Shown one piece after another: positions 36,159-44,845 of a stretch of 64,000 nucleotides of DNA. Numbering within the stretch: position 1 is the stretch's first letter; the number at the start of each line of letters is the position of its first letter. Below the pieces are notes generated by a model. The model saw only the letters and a program-made list of their open reading frames with translations, did not search any database and had not been told where the DNA came from. The DNA is from Candidatus Omnitrophota bacterium (lineage in GTDB: Bacteria; Omnitrophota; Gorgyraeia; Gygaellales; Profunditerraquicolaceae): NCBI GenBank assembly GCA_043823435.1, contig JBDRAV010000014.1, positions 10,765 to 74,764 of the forward strand, read 5' to 3'. The position numbers and the translations under genes were made by a program.

Positions 36159-37527
36159 AGTTATGCACTCCTAAATGATCGAGCGCCGAAGCGACAAATA
36201 GGAAATAAAGCGGCAGGATTATCGACCTGTGCCTGAAGGTAGTCCCGACGTTCGCCTCAGCCAAAGAATATACAAAGGTTACAAAGACCAGGAATACGGC
36301 CAGAAGCCCCAATTCCCTGTTCCTCAGTTTTACATTCAAAAGGATGCCGAAGAAGAAAAACGGCATCATAATATACCAAAGCAACATCTCTATTTTACCC
36401 GCACTCTTCAAAAGAGATCCGCCCATCCACGGGAAAGGCGCAAAAAGAAAATAAAAGAGCCCTTTCAAGACGGCAAGCATCCAGTTGAACGGCGCAATCT
36501 TATCCGTAAAGCTGCCTGTCCTGAAAACCTCATTCGTGTATAAGCTGTCTGGAAAGATTTTGTATACGCTCCCTCCGGTAAGAAAGCTGCCTATGTTCCT
36601 TGAAACGGTGGCGTTTAACAGGTTAGTCGATTTTACGCGGATAATTCCCGAAAGAGGCATAACCAGGTTCAGCAGCAATATGCAGATGACGCAGATAAGA
36701 ATAATACCGCGTAGATTCGCTTTGACCTCCGGATAACGAAAAATCTTTATTATAAAAATCAGGGCTAACCAGAACAAAAAAAAGACCGCGAGCTGGGGCT
36801 GGTAAATAAAAAATACCGATACGCCGGCTGCGAAAAGAGCCAGAAAACGCAATGAGATCTTCCTGTAAAGGATCATTCCTGCCAATAGGGCGGCCTGCAT
36901 AGAAAGCATGCTTATGGGCTCTTTGCTGTTATTAACGGACCATAAGAATATCGACGGCCAAAAGGCCGTCAGTATAGCGGTTATCCTGGCCGCGGAAAGG
37001 CCGCAGCATCTATGCGCGATAAAAAAGATGATAACAGCGCTTAAGGCCCCGGCAATGGAATTAAGTATTATACCCAATAAAGGCATACATCCGAAGAGAT
37101 AGTATAAAATAGCCAACAGGTAAGTCTGCGCCGTGAAGAAATACCGCCCCAGCGCCACCTGTTCATCCTTTGAAAATACGCTCCTGTCCCCTTTCCAGTA
37201 CTCCGAAAGGAGCCATCCGTAAGCGGAATAACCCGAAGCGTCTCCCGCGATTATCGTCTCTCCCGGGTTCACGTTAACGGAAGAAGGGCGCAGGATATCG
37301 CTGCCGTAAGAGACTATGAATAACATCAAAGCCACAATCACGCGTAAGGCGAGCGCCGAAACAAAGAGCGCAAGCAGGAACTTACGGCTTTCGTGCGGGA
37401 GAAACGAGTATAATGAAACCATTATCCCCCCGACCGCAAACAAGACCAAAGCCAACCAGGGCAGGAAGAAGATAACGGAACCGAGTATGAGCCCTGAAAT
37501 CACCGCAAGTATTATCTTAACGCGCAT
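36142..37527 (-). CDS. polytopic membrane protein (GT-C/Wzy-like candidate)
   Basis: 461 aa with at least 10 TM helices. The first large loop carries ETIIAGDASGYSAYGW. No family assigned by eye. Confidence 0.45.
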   Translation of the reverse strand: MRVKIILAVISGLILGSVIFFLPWLALVLFAVGGIMVSLYSFLPHESRKFLLALFVSALALRVIVALMLFIVSYGSDILRPSSVNVNPGETIIAGDASGYSAYGWLLSEYWKGDRSVFSKDEQVALGRYFFTAQTYLLAILYYLFGCMPLLGIILNSIAGALSAVIIFFIAHRCCGLSAARITAILTAFWPSIFLWSVNNSKEPISMLSMQAALLAGMILYRKISLRFLALFAAGVSVFFIYQPQLAVFFLFWLALIFIIKIFRYPEVKANLRGIILICVICILLLNLVMPLSGIIRVKSTNLLNATVSRNIGSFLTGGSVYKIFPDSLYTNEVFRTGSFTDKIAPFNWMLAVLKGLFYFLFAPFPWMGGSLLKSAGKIEMLLWYIMMPFFFFGILLNVKLRNRELGLLAVFLVFVTFVYSLAEANVGTTFRHRSIILPLYFLFVASALDHLGVHNYGTVQ

Positions 37528-38431
37528 CTTCTTTTTTACCTACATAGTAGACTGCAGCGCACATCAGGTGAGCGTATTTCTTTCTGTGTAAAAATAAATC
37601 GAGGTATTTCAACCAGAAGAATAACCATCCGAATATATAAAATGCTGCTCTTCTGAGGAGCTGGTTGTCGGATAGGCTCATTGCGAAGACTACGATCAAT
37701 CTCGCCATCGCAGAACCAGGTCCCGAAGCCACGCCGCTGGCTATCCTGCGGTAACTCTTCATCCTGGACTCAAGGCCGGTGAGCGTAAAACGCCTGAAAT
37801 CGCAGGGAGAACTATGGTAAGGCTGGATAAAGGGTATACTCACATAAGCTAACCCTCCGTGCTTGAGCACCCGGTAGATCTCCTGCAATACCTCCTCGTC
37901 GTCTATGACGTGTTCAAGGACCGCCTGGCATATCAATATGTCAAAGCTCTGCGCTACGAACGGAAGTTTGTGTGCATCCGCGATCATATCTACGGTGGGA
38001 GAATCGTTGATATCTATCACAACCCTTTCTGCAAAATCAAAATATTTAAGATCCGACTTCCTCATCCCTCCGATAAATAAGACGCGCGGAGATCCCGTGC
38101 CGGTATTCTCAAATAAAGCCTCCCTTACCTGCGGAAAGCTCGTATTCAGAGAAAAAGACGGCGGCTTTAAGAATCCCAGTAAACGGGACAGCCGACGGCT
38201 TCTGACCAAGCTCCCTGCTCCCGTCCGCTCCTTCTCCTCTTTCATTAGTCTTTCTTTAAATTCCGAAGTCTCAGGGTCATCAGGGTCAATCAATACAGGT
38301 TTCCCCTCACCAGTTACGGCAAAGGTACAGCCGCATTCCGGGCAATATAACCCCTTCTTTTCATTAAGCTGCACCTTACATTTCGGGCAGGCAAGTATAT
38401 CATAGAATTCCGATCCGCGCATATTAATCAT
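37517..38431 (-). CDS. class I SAM-dependent methyltransferase with Trm112-like zinc ribbon
   Basis: ILACPKCKVQL..YCPECGCTF, then FDILICQAVLEHV. Start placed at MINMRGSEF (38431), immediately after the upstream stop at 38434. Confidence 0.7.
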   Translation of the reverse strand: MINMRGSEFYDILACPKCKVQLNEKKGLYCPECGCTFAVTGEGKPVLIDPDDPETSEFKERLMKEEKERTGAGSLVRSRRLSRLLGFLKPPSFSLNTSFPQVREALFENTGTGSPRVLFIGGMRKSDLKYFDFAERVVIDINDSPTVDMIADAHKLPFVAQSFDILICQAVLEHVIDDEEVLQEIYRVLKHGGLAYVSIPFIQPYHSSPCDFRRFTLTGLESRMKSYRRIASGVASGPGSAMARLIVVFAMSLSDNQLLRRAAFYIFGWLFFWLKYLDLFLHRKKYAHLMCAAVYYVGKKEDAR

Positions 38432-38433
38432 CC

Positions 38434-39555
38434 TCAATTTTTGCCGAAGGAGGATTCGTAAAGCCTCCTGAATCCGGCGCATATCTCATTTAAAGAAAAC
38501 TCTTCCCGCGCGCGCTTCTTCCCCTCATCCCCCATCTTTTCCGCCAATCCGGGGGTGCGTAGGAACTTTTCTACTGCTTCGGCTAATACATCCGCATCTC
38601 TTGGTTCAACGATATAACCGTTCACTCCGTCAATGACTGCCTCGCCGTTACCCCCGACATCGGTAGCCACTACCGGAAGACCCGCCGCCATCGCCTCAAG
38701 TATCGCGTTAGACATCCCTTCCCTGATAGAAGAATTCACGAATATAGAAACGCAGGAAAGGATCTCTATCGCATCCCTGCGTAAACCAGTGAATATAACT
38801 TTGCCCGATATCCCCAGGCTCCGCGCGTGTTCCTTCAAGTGCGACTCAAGCGGTCCCTGCCCAACCACCAAAAGCCTTATATCCTCTTTAGGGCGCCTCT
38901 TCACTATTATCACCATCGCTTCCAACAGATATTCAATACCCTTTGCCGGCTTCATGTTGGCGACTGCTACGAGAACGGTCGCCTCCCGGCTGATGCTGAA
39001 TTCCTTACGTATAGATAGCGGGTCAGCTGATGAGAACCTCCTCTGAAAGCGTTCGATATCTATACCGTTATGTATCAACTTCACCTTTGCTGGAAAGACT
39101 CTCTCGCGCTCTATCACGAACCGCATTACCTTTTCGGAATTAACGGTTATCAGGTCTGCAAAGCGGTTGCAAAACTTCTGCAGGGCAAAATGCGGCCAAC
39201 GCATCCAATCATCGTAGTTCCTCCTCCCGGAGATCACCAGCTTAACCTTACATAGCCTGGCTATGACCGGCCCCCAGGTATTCGCGTCAAAAAGAAAGGT
39301 ATGCACTATATCATAACCACCCTCCCTAATCAATTTGCCGAGCCTAGAGGCTATGGAGAGGTCAAATGGCCCCCGCGCGTTAAGGCAGAAGAGATCTATC
39401 TCCTCCTGTCTGGCGCGATCAGCCATCTCGCCCGACCTGTACATACAACATATCGCTGGCATATACCCAAAAACTTTTAAGGAGCGTGCTAATTCTAAGA
39501 CCTGATTCTCAGTCCCTCCCGTATCCAGCGTAGGCAAAAGATATAGTATCTTCAT
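38434..39555 (-). CDS. glycosyltransferase, GT-B fold (GT4-like)
   Basis: MKILYLLPTLDTGGTENQV and REGMSNAILEAMAAGLPVVATDVGG. Confidence 0.85.
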   Translation of the reverse strand: MKILYLLPTLDTGGTENQVLELARSLKVFGYMPAICCMYRSGEMADRARQEEIDLFCLNARGPFDLSIASRLGKLIREGGYDIVHTFLFDANTWGPVIARLCKVKLVISGRRNYDDWMRWPHFALQKFCNRFADLITVNSEKVMRFVIERERVFPAKVKLIHNGIDIERFQRRFSSADPLSIRKEFSISREATVLVAVANMKPAKGIEYLLEAMVIIVKRRPKEDIRLLVVGQGPLESHLKEHARSLGISGKVIFTGLRRDAIEILSCVSIFVNSSIREGMSNAILEAMAAGLPVVATDVGGNGEAVIDGVNGYIVEPRDADVLAEAVEKFLRTPGLAEKMGDEGKKRAREEFSLNEICAGFRRLYESSFGKN

Positions 39556-40991
39556 TTATTCCTGATGGTGATGAACGGGACCTTGAGCGCGAACCTCAAC
39601 TCTCTTAATAATACGAGTGTAGCGATATAGATCGCCGCCAGGACGGCCAACTTTACTATCAGCAATATCCCGGATACGTTGACCGATTTTGAAAGAATGT
39701 ACATAATAATGCATGCGGAGGTTATCTTTAATAAGCTCACCGCAGGCAAAAAGGCCTTGTGGCGCTTTAACAGATACGCCGCTGTTACCAGTAAACCTAT
39801 CCCCATCGCAATGGTAGTGGCAAGAGCGGCGCCAACCATATTCAGCCTGGGTATAAGAAGATAATTCAGTATCGAATCAATGATAAGGATGAAGCCTGCT
39901 ATCTTTATGGAATCTCTCGGCAGCCCTCCTCCGGAGATAATGGTCGTAGATACAAGTATCATCGCAAGAAATACCTCTCCAAAGATGACTATGGATAAAG
40001 GGAGTGCGCCCGGAGCGTAGACCTCTGAATAAAGCAGCGTTATGATCCCCCTGGCATTAGCGGAAACCAGGACTGCCGCCAATGCCAGGAATGCCCCGCA
40101 ATACCTAAGGCTCCCGTTTATATATCTTTTAGTATTGGCGTGGTCCTTGGCATAAGTGAACTCGGAGATGAACGGAAAAACAACGTAGCTTATCGGTATG
40201 ATCACAAGGTAAGGTATCCTCGCTATCGTAAGGGCCGCGTTATAAAAACCGGCGTAAACGTTCGCCACCATCTTATCGGATAAAGCCTTTAAAATAAAGA
40301 GGTCTACGTTCAGAAGGAGATTTATGATGGAAGTATAGATGATTATCCATACCTCGAACCTGAATATCTTAAGCAGAGGATATCTTTCCCCTTTAAGGTC
40401 TATACCGAAGATAAAAAGCGCGACTAAAAGGACCAGGAACGTAGATGAAACGAACCCCGCGATCACACCCGTAAGCGAGAACCCCATCAAGACCAAAGCG
40501 ATTATTAATGATGCCTTTAACGTGCAGTATATTATCTCCAGCATAGCCTGCTTCCTGAACTGCTTTAGGCCGTTAGCGTAGCCGATGAACACCCCGTATA
40601 AGGAATAAAAGAGGATCATCGGGGATGCCACAAGAAAATAATATTTGAGGCCTGAGTCGTTAAAAAGGTTAGATAACAGCTTCACACTGACGAGAAAGAG
40701 CAGAAAAGTAAAGCTTCCAATAAGAAACTGCAGGCGAAATGAGCTATTCTTTATCCCCGGGGCAAGCGACGGCTGTTCGGAAATATATTTTGAAGTTGTC
40801 TGGTTTATACCTCCTATCAATACCAGGCTGATAGCCGAGGCAACGCCGATAACTATGCTGTATAGCCCGAATAGCTCCGGCCCAAGTGAACGCGTAAGGA
40901 CCATGTAGATAGCATAGCCGCTGACCATAAAATAGACTTTAGAAAAAAGCAAGAAGATGGCCCCTTTGGTTATCGTAGTCGTCTTAGACAT
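39552..40991 (-). CDS. MOP-superfamily oligosaccharide flippase (Wzx-like) #2
   Basis: 479 aa with about 12-14 TM helices. The N-terminus KGAIFLLFSKVYFMVSGYAIYMVLTRSLGPELFGLY is typical of polysaccharide-biosynthesis flippases. Confidence 0.75.
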   Translation of the reverse strand: MSKTTTITKGAIFLLFSKVYFMVSGYAIYMVLTRSLGPELFGLYSIVIGVASAISLVLIGGINQTTSKYISEQPSLAPGIKNSSFRLQFLIGSFTFLLFLVSVKLLSNLFNDSGLKYYFLVASPMILFYSLYGVFIGYANGLKQFRKQAMLEIIYCTLKASLIIALVLMGFSLTGVIAGFVSSTFLVLLVALFIFGIDLKGERYPLLKIFRFEVWIIIYTSIINLLLNVDLFILKALSDKMVANVYAGFYNAALTIARIPYLVIIPISYVVFPFISEFTYAKDHANTKRYINGSLRYCGAFLALAAVLVSANARGIITLLYSEVYAPGALPLSIVIFGEVFLAMILVSTTIISGGGLPRDSIKIAGFILIIDSILNYLLIPRLNMVGAALATTIAMGIGLLVTAAYLLKRHKAFLPAVSLLKITSACIIMYILSKSVNVSGILLIVKLAVLAAIYIATLVLLRELRFALKVPFITIRNK

Positions 40992-41006
40992 CCTGTATCC
41001 TCTCTT

Positions 41007-41303
41007 TTATCTCCAGAAAATATGCTTTGATCGCGACTCTTTAAGAAGAGACCTGAAAACCTCAGGCCTCATTAATCTTTCCGGTGGCATCCTGCCTTCC
41101 GCCAGAAACTTCCTGATCAGCGTTCCGTTGATATGCTGATAAAAATCCTCCGGATGGGGGCAGATCTTTTCCGTTACCACTTCGCCGCACCTACTGCAAT
41201 AGTACGGGCCGCTGAACCACAAGATAGTAATGCCAAGTTCCCCCACCATGTCATATATGTCGTGCGCGGCATAATCTTCGCCTGTGATATAACTCTCATT
41301 ATA
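41007..41303 (-). pseudogene. sat: truncated sulfate adenylyltransferase (ATP sulfurylase) relic: C-terminal ~95 codons only
   Basis: Codons directly after the upstream TGA read YNESYITGEDYAAHDIYDMVGELGITILWFSGPYYCSRCGEVVTEKICPHPEDFYQHINGTLIRKFLAEGRMPPERLMRPEVFRSLL. This fits the Sat C-terminal pattern ..YDAxxIF..ELGI..F..YCxxC..CPH..GTxxRxxLxxGxxPPxxxxRPEV. The ~300 N-terminal residues are absent. An ATG at 41249 could still give an 80-aa product. Confidence 0.75.
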
Positions 41304-42998
41304 TCATTCCCTGACATAACCCAGCTTCTTAAGCATCTCGCGCGTCGCCGCAATCTCTTCTTCACTCAAGCCTGCGGACCCGGAGCTCACCGCTTTCTTT
41401 CTTGGATTCGCGTTCCTGTATTCCGCTTTATTCCCATTTAAATATTCCGCAGTATAGATCCCTTCTATTATCTTTCCGTCAAGATCCGAAGGGATAGGTA
41501 TCTTCATCATATAAAGGATATTCGCGGCAATATCAAATATCCTGATCCTCTCCGTGATCGCGCCCGAACTCTTCACCGCAGGACCGCAGGCGATAAAGAT
41601 ACCGTCGATCCTATGCGTGGCGCTATTCCCGTAGGAGCGCTCGATGACCTTATTGGATATAAAAGCCGCGCCTCCGAGTATATGGTAATGATCGCGCGCG
41701 ACTTTAAGATAAAGGTCGGCGGCCTGATCAACGTATGGCCCCTGAAAAAGCTTATCCTTAGTGAACGCCCCTGCTATAAGCTTATCAGCGGTACTATTAT
41801 CTGCGCCTGCCTTAAGAAGGTCATCGCGCAACACTCTTATCATATCGCCGTAATCCTCAGGCGCTACCATACCTCGCGGCTCACGGCCTTTCAGGTTGAT
41901 ATTCACCTGCCCCATATGAGATAAACTGTATGCCCTGGTTCTCTCCCATTCTATATCCTCCTCATTCAGGAACAAACGCTCCAGGAAGCGCTTGCCTGTC
42001 GCGAGCTTTCCGCCCTTTTTCCCTTTATTCTTCGTCAACCGCAGCATCATCCGGTATGCGTTCGCCGGCGTAAAACCCATTAAGAAGGCGATATATTTAA
42101 GCCGCGAACGGAGCGACTTCTTTATGCGAATATATCCTTTCTTTAACAGCCAGGTATTCAAGTTTATCCATTTGTATACCGGACCGAGCCCGTGGTCGGA
42201 CATGATTATGATATTCGTGTTCTCAGTATCTATATCCTCCAGCATCCGGGCTATGCCTTCGTCAATCCTACGGTAAACTCTAAGGAATAGATCGCGGTAT
42301 TTTTCGGATTCCCGCGCGTCAAAATCAGGGTGATCCGGGTCTAATAGATGCCAGAGCTGATGCTGTATATGGTCCGTTTCGTTAATCACCATCATCAACA
42401 GGTCCCACGGTTTTGACCTCATAAGATACAATGTTGTCTCAACCCGCTGGTCTATAAGTTCACAATAATCGCGCACCAGTTCATCTATATTGCCCTTGGC
42501 ATAAAAGTAGCGCGGATGGATACGGTATCTTCCTATATTGGAGCGTATCTCATCCTTTAAGGCTTCGGGATAAGTAAAATTAGTCTTATCCAGGTCGCTC
42601 AGATTAGGAGTAAAAAGGCCGGTGATCATGAAGCCGTTCACCTCTTGCGCAGGATAGGTCATCGGCACATTGATCACCCCTACCTTCTTACCATAAGTTC
42701 CCAGAATCTTCCATAAGGAATCGCTCCTTACTCTCCCGGAATCAACGGGGAGCATCTCGTAAGTGCCTTCGCGGCGATACTGGTAATCAAAGAGCCCGTG
42801 TTTACCGGGATTCTTGCCGGTATAAAATGAGGTCCAGGCAGCGGGTGTAAGTGGAGGATATACGCTCTCAAGGTCACAATAACACCCCTTCTCCATCAGC
42901 GACTTTAAAGTCGGAAGATGGTTATCGGATATCCAGCGCCTGATCAACCGGAAACTTACCCCGTCGAGGCCGATTATGAATGTCTTTGTCTTGTTCAT
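41304..42998 (-). CDS. alkaline-phosphatase-superfamily type I phosphodiesterase/nucleotide pyrophosphatase (NPP-like)
   Basis: FIIGLDGVSF, the Thr-nucleophile block YPPLTPAAWTSFYTGKNPGKHG, and NIIIMSDHG. Start placed at MNKTKTF (42998), which forms an ATGA overlap with the upstream stop. Confidence 0.75.
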   Translation of the reverse strand: MNKTKTFIIGLDGVSFRLIRRWISDNHLPTLKSLMEKGCYCDLESVYPPLTPAAWTSFYTGKNPGKHGLFDYQYRREGTYEMLPVDSGRVRSDSLWKILGTYGKKVGVINVPMTYPAQEVNGFMITGLFTPNLSDLDKTNFTYPEALKDEIRSNIGRYRIHPRYFYAKGNIDELVRDYCELIDQRVETTLYLMRSKPWDLLMMVINETDHIQHQLWHLLDPDHPDFDARESEKYRDLFLRVYRRIDEGIARMLEDIDTENTNIIIMSDHGLGPVYKWINLNTWLLKKGYIRIKKSLRSRLKYIAFLMGFTPANAYRMMLRLTKNKGKKGGKLATGKRFLERLFLNEEDIEWERTRAYSLSHMGQVNINLKGREPRGMVAPEDYGDMIRVLRDDLLKAGADNSTADKLIAGAFTKDKLFQGPYVDQAADLYLKVARDHYHILGGAAFISNKVIERSYGNSATHRIDGIFIACGPAVKSSGAITERIRIFDIAANILYMMKIPIPSDLDGKIIEGIYTAEYLNGNKAEYRNANPRKKAVSSGSAGLSEEEIAATREMLKKLGYVRE

Positions 42999-44833
42999 CT
43001 CCTCTTTGATCTCCTGAGAATACGGCTGATATTGACCAACAGGTATATGATGACCGCCCATCCGGTCCATGAAAACCACTGCAATAAATTCAAACTCCTG
43101 AAATAATAAAACGAACTGAAAAGCGGGTCAATGAGTGGGCGCAACAATCCGTGGTATTCTTTCCCGCCGTCAAGCGTAATTACCTTTATCCTATCCTGTT
43201 TTCGTCCCCGAAGAATATCCATAAGTTGCTCTTTATTGCTACCCCCCCCTTCCCCATCAAGAGCGAAAATATTCCATACGTAGGTAGCGGAGCGTAAGCC
43301 GTGATTATCTGTGCCACCGACCATCAAGAGGCCCTTTGACACCGAGAGACCATATATATCTTTGGCCAACTTCTTCTGATGGGGGCTGCGAAGTTTAGAC
43401 CTGTTCGCGATTTCGAAACCATCCACCCCCATATCCATTAAATCACGGAGCGAATAATTCCTGTACGTAATCGCCCAATAATGCGGGACTATTACCACTC
43501 CTCCCAGCATATGAGTGCGGTATATCGCCTCCTGCGGGCTGTATCTTCCCGCTGGGATATCTTCCTCGAGACCAAGAAACAATAGATGTATCTTTGCTCC
43601 CCTGTATTCCTGACCCGGCATCAGCATAAAATCAAGCTTCTCTTCTTCTATTATCTTCTGGCCGGCACTGAAATTCCTGACCGTGTTATAATCCGTCAGA
43701 AAAGAACCTTGGAATCCGGAACGGATATGCTGATATATCATAGCCTTCGGGCCCCATTGCCAGGAGTAACTCGCGTTCGTATGGGTATGCAGATCGGCTA
43801 TAAAATCACCTTTTCTGCTGCTTACCAATTTATAAGCCGGCAGCCTCCCCGAAAAGAATGAAAGCTGCAGAAGAATTATTGATACCGCGACCGCAATAAG
43901 GATAGCTGCCTTCCTCCTCAGCCCACACTCTTTAAATCCTCTCTTACGCGAGAGCACCGCAAAAGATATCGTGCATCCCCATATGAACCAGGAAAGTTGC
44001 TGAACGGTTATATACCCTGAAAGGTTAAAATATGCCACTAACCCCAGGTATGGTTCAAAGAACAACCTGATGAACGGATAATGCAGGGCATATCCCGAAC
44101 CAAAACCCTCTCCCGTGACAGGATGAACGAGCATTAAAGGCCTGTGCATAATGACCGCTGCGAAAAGAAAGATAATGACCCATACGGATATTTCAGGGAA
44201 CGGCATCCTCAACTCTGCGTCACCTTTAACAAATAAGCGATAACAAAGAGTGGCTATCCCTGCTCCCAGGGCTGCTCCAACAACGACATCGCTTAAAAAA
44301 TGCGCCCCTAAATATACCCGCGAATATGCCATCAAAGCGCCTAAAACAAACAGCAGCGCCCTGGAGCGGAGCCTTCGCGAATAAAGAATAAATGGAAAGA
44401 GCAACGCGAAAGCTCCTGCCGTATGCCCCGAAGGGAAAGAATCTGCGGTCGACTGCGCGGAGGTGAGCCTGCACAGGTCGAGGTTATACATCTGCTCGAA
44501 TGGCCGCGGCCTGTGGATATTCCCTTTAATTATGCCGACCGAATAAACGGTCAATATATAGCTTGCGATGGCGACCATGGCTATGACCCTTAACCGCTTA
44601 AAGCGCTTCCAGAGGATCCCCAATAAAACAACGGCGAATACTGCAGAGAGGAATAAAAAGTTCCCCGGATATTCTAATAAAGCGAAGAACCTCTTCACTA
44701 AAGGCCCGCACCAAATGCTGTTTACCGCTTTTATAAAACACCTGTCGAAGAAAAAGGAGAATATAAGAAGTGCCGCCAGCAGCAAAAACGTATAAAGGAC
44801 TATCTTATAAGGAAACTTATATTCTTCTTTCAT
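42995..44833 (-). CDS. PAP2 lipid phosphatase - TM - PHP-domain phosphoesterase fusion protein
   Basis: PAP2 motifs KGNIHRPRPF, PSGHTAG and SRVYLGAHFLSDVVVG. Additional TM helices follow. PHP-like motifs are ADLHTHTNAS and GGTDNHG. Confidence 0.75.
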   Translation of the reverse strand: MKEEYKFPYKIVLYTFLLLAALLIFSFFFDRCFIKAVNSIWCGPLVKRFFALLEYPGNFLFLSAVFAVVLLGILWKRFKRLRVIAMVAIASYILTVYSVGIIKGNIHRPRPFEQMYNLDLCRLTSAQSTADSFPSGHTAGAFALLFPFILYSRRLRSRALLFVLGALMAYSRVYLGAHFLSDVVVGAALGAGIATLCYRLFVKGDAELRMPFPEISVWVIIFLFAAVIMHRPLMLVHPVTGEGFGSGYALHYPFIRLFFEPYLGLVAYFNLSGYITVQQLSWFIWGCTISFAVLSRKRGFKECGLRRKAAILIAVAVSIILLQLSFFSGRLPAYKLVSSRKGDFIADLHTHTNASYSWQWGPKAMIYQHIRSGFQGSFLTDYNTVRNFSAGQKIIEEEKLDFMLMPGQEYRGAKIHLLFLGLEEDIPAGRYSPQEAIYRTHMLGGVVIVPHYWAITYRNYSLRDLMDMGVDGFEIANRSKLRSPHQKKLAKDIYGLSVSKGLLMVGGTDNHGLRSATYVWNIFALDGEGGGSNKEQLMDILRGRKQDRIKVITLDGGKEYHGLLRPLIDPLFSSFYYFRSLNLLQWFSWTGWAVIIYLLVNISRILRRSKRR

Positions 44834-44845
44834 TCAGATGATCCG

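Noticed and set aside
41174-41365. 63-aa minus-strand ORF spanning the junction between the phosphodiesterase gene and the sat relic
   Set aside because: It is in a different frame from both flanking homologous reading frames. The translation is Arg/Trp-rich with no motif and overlaps the better-supported features.
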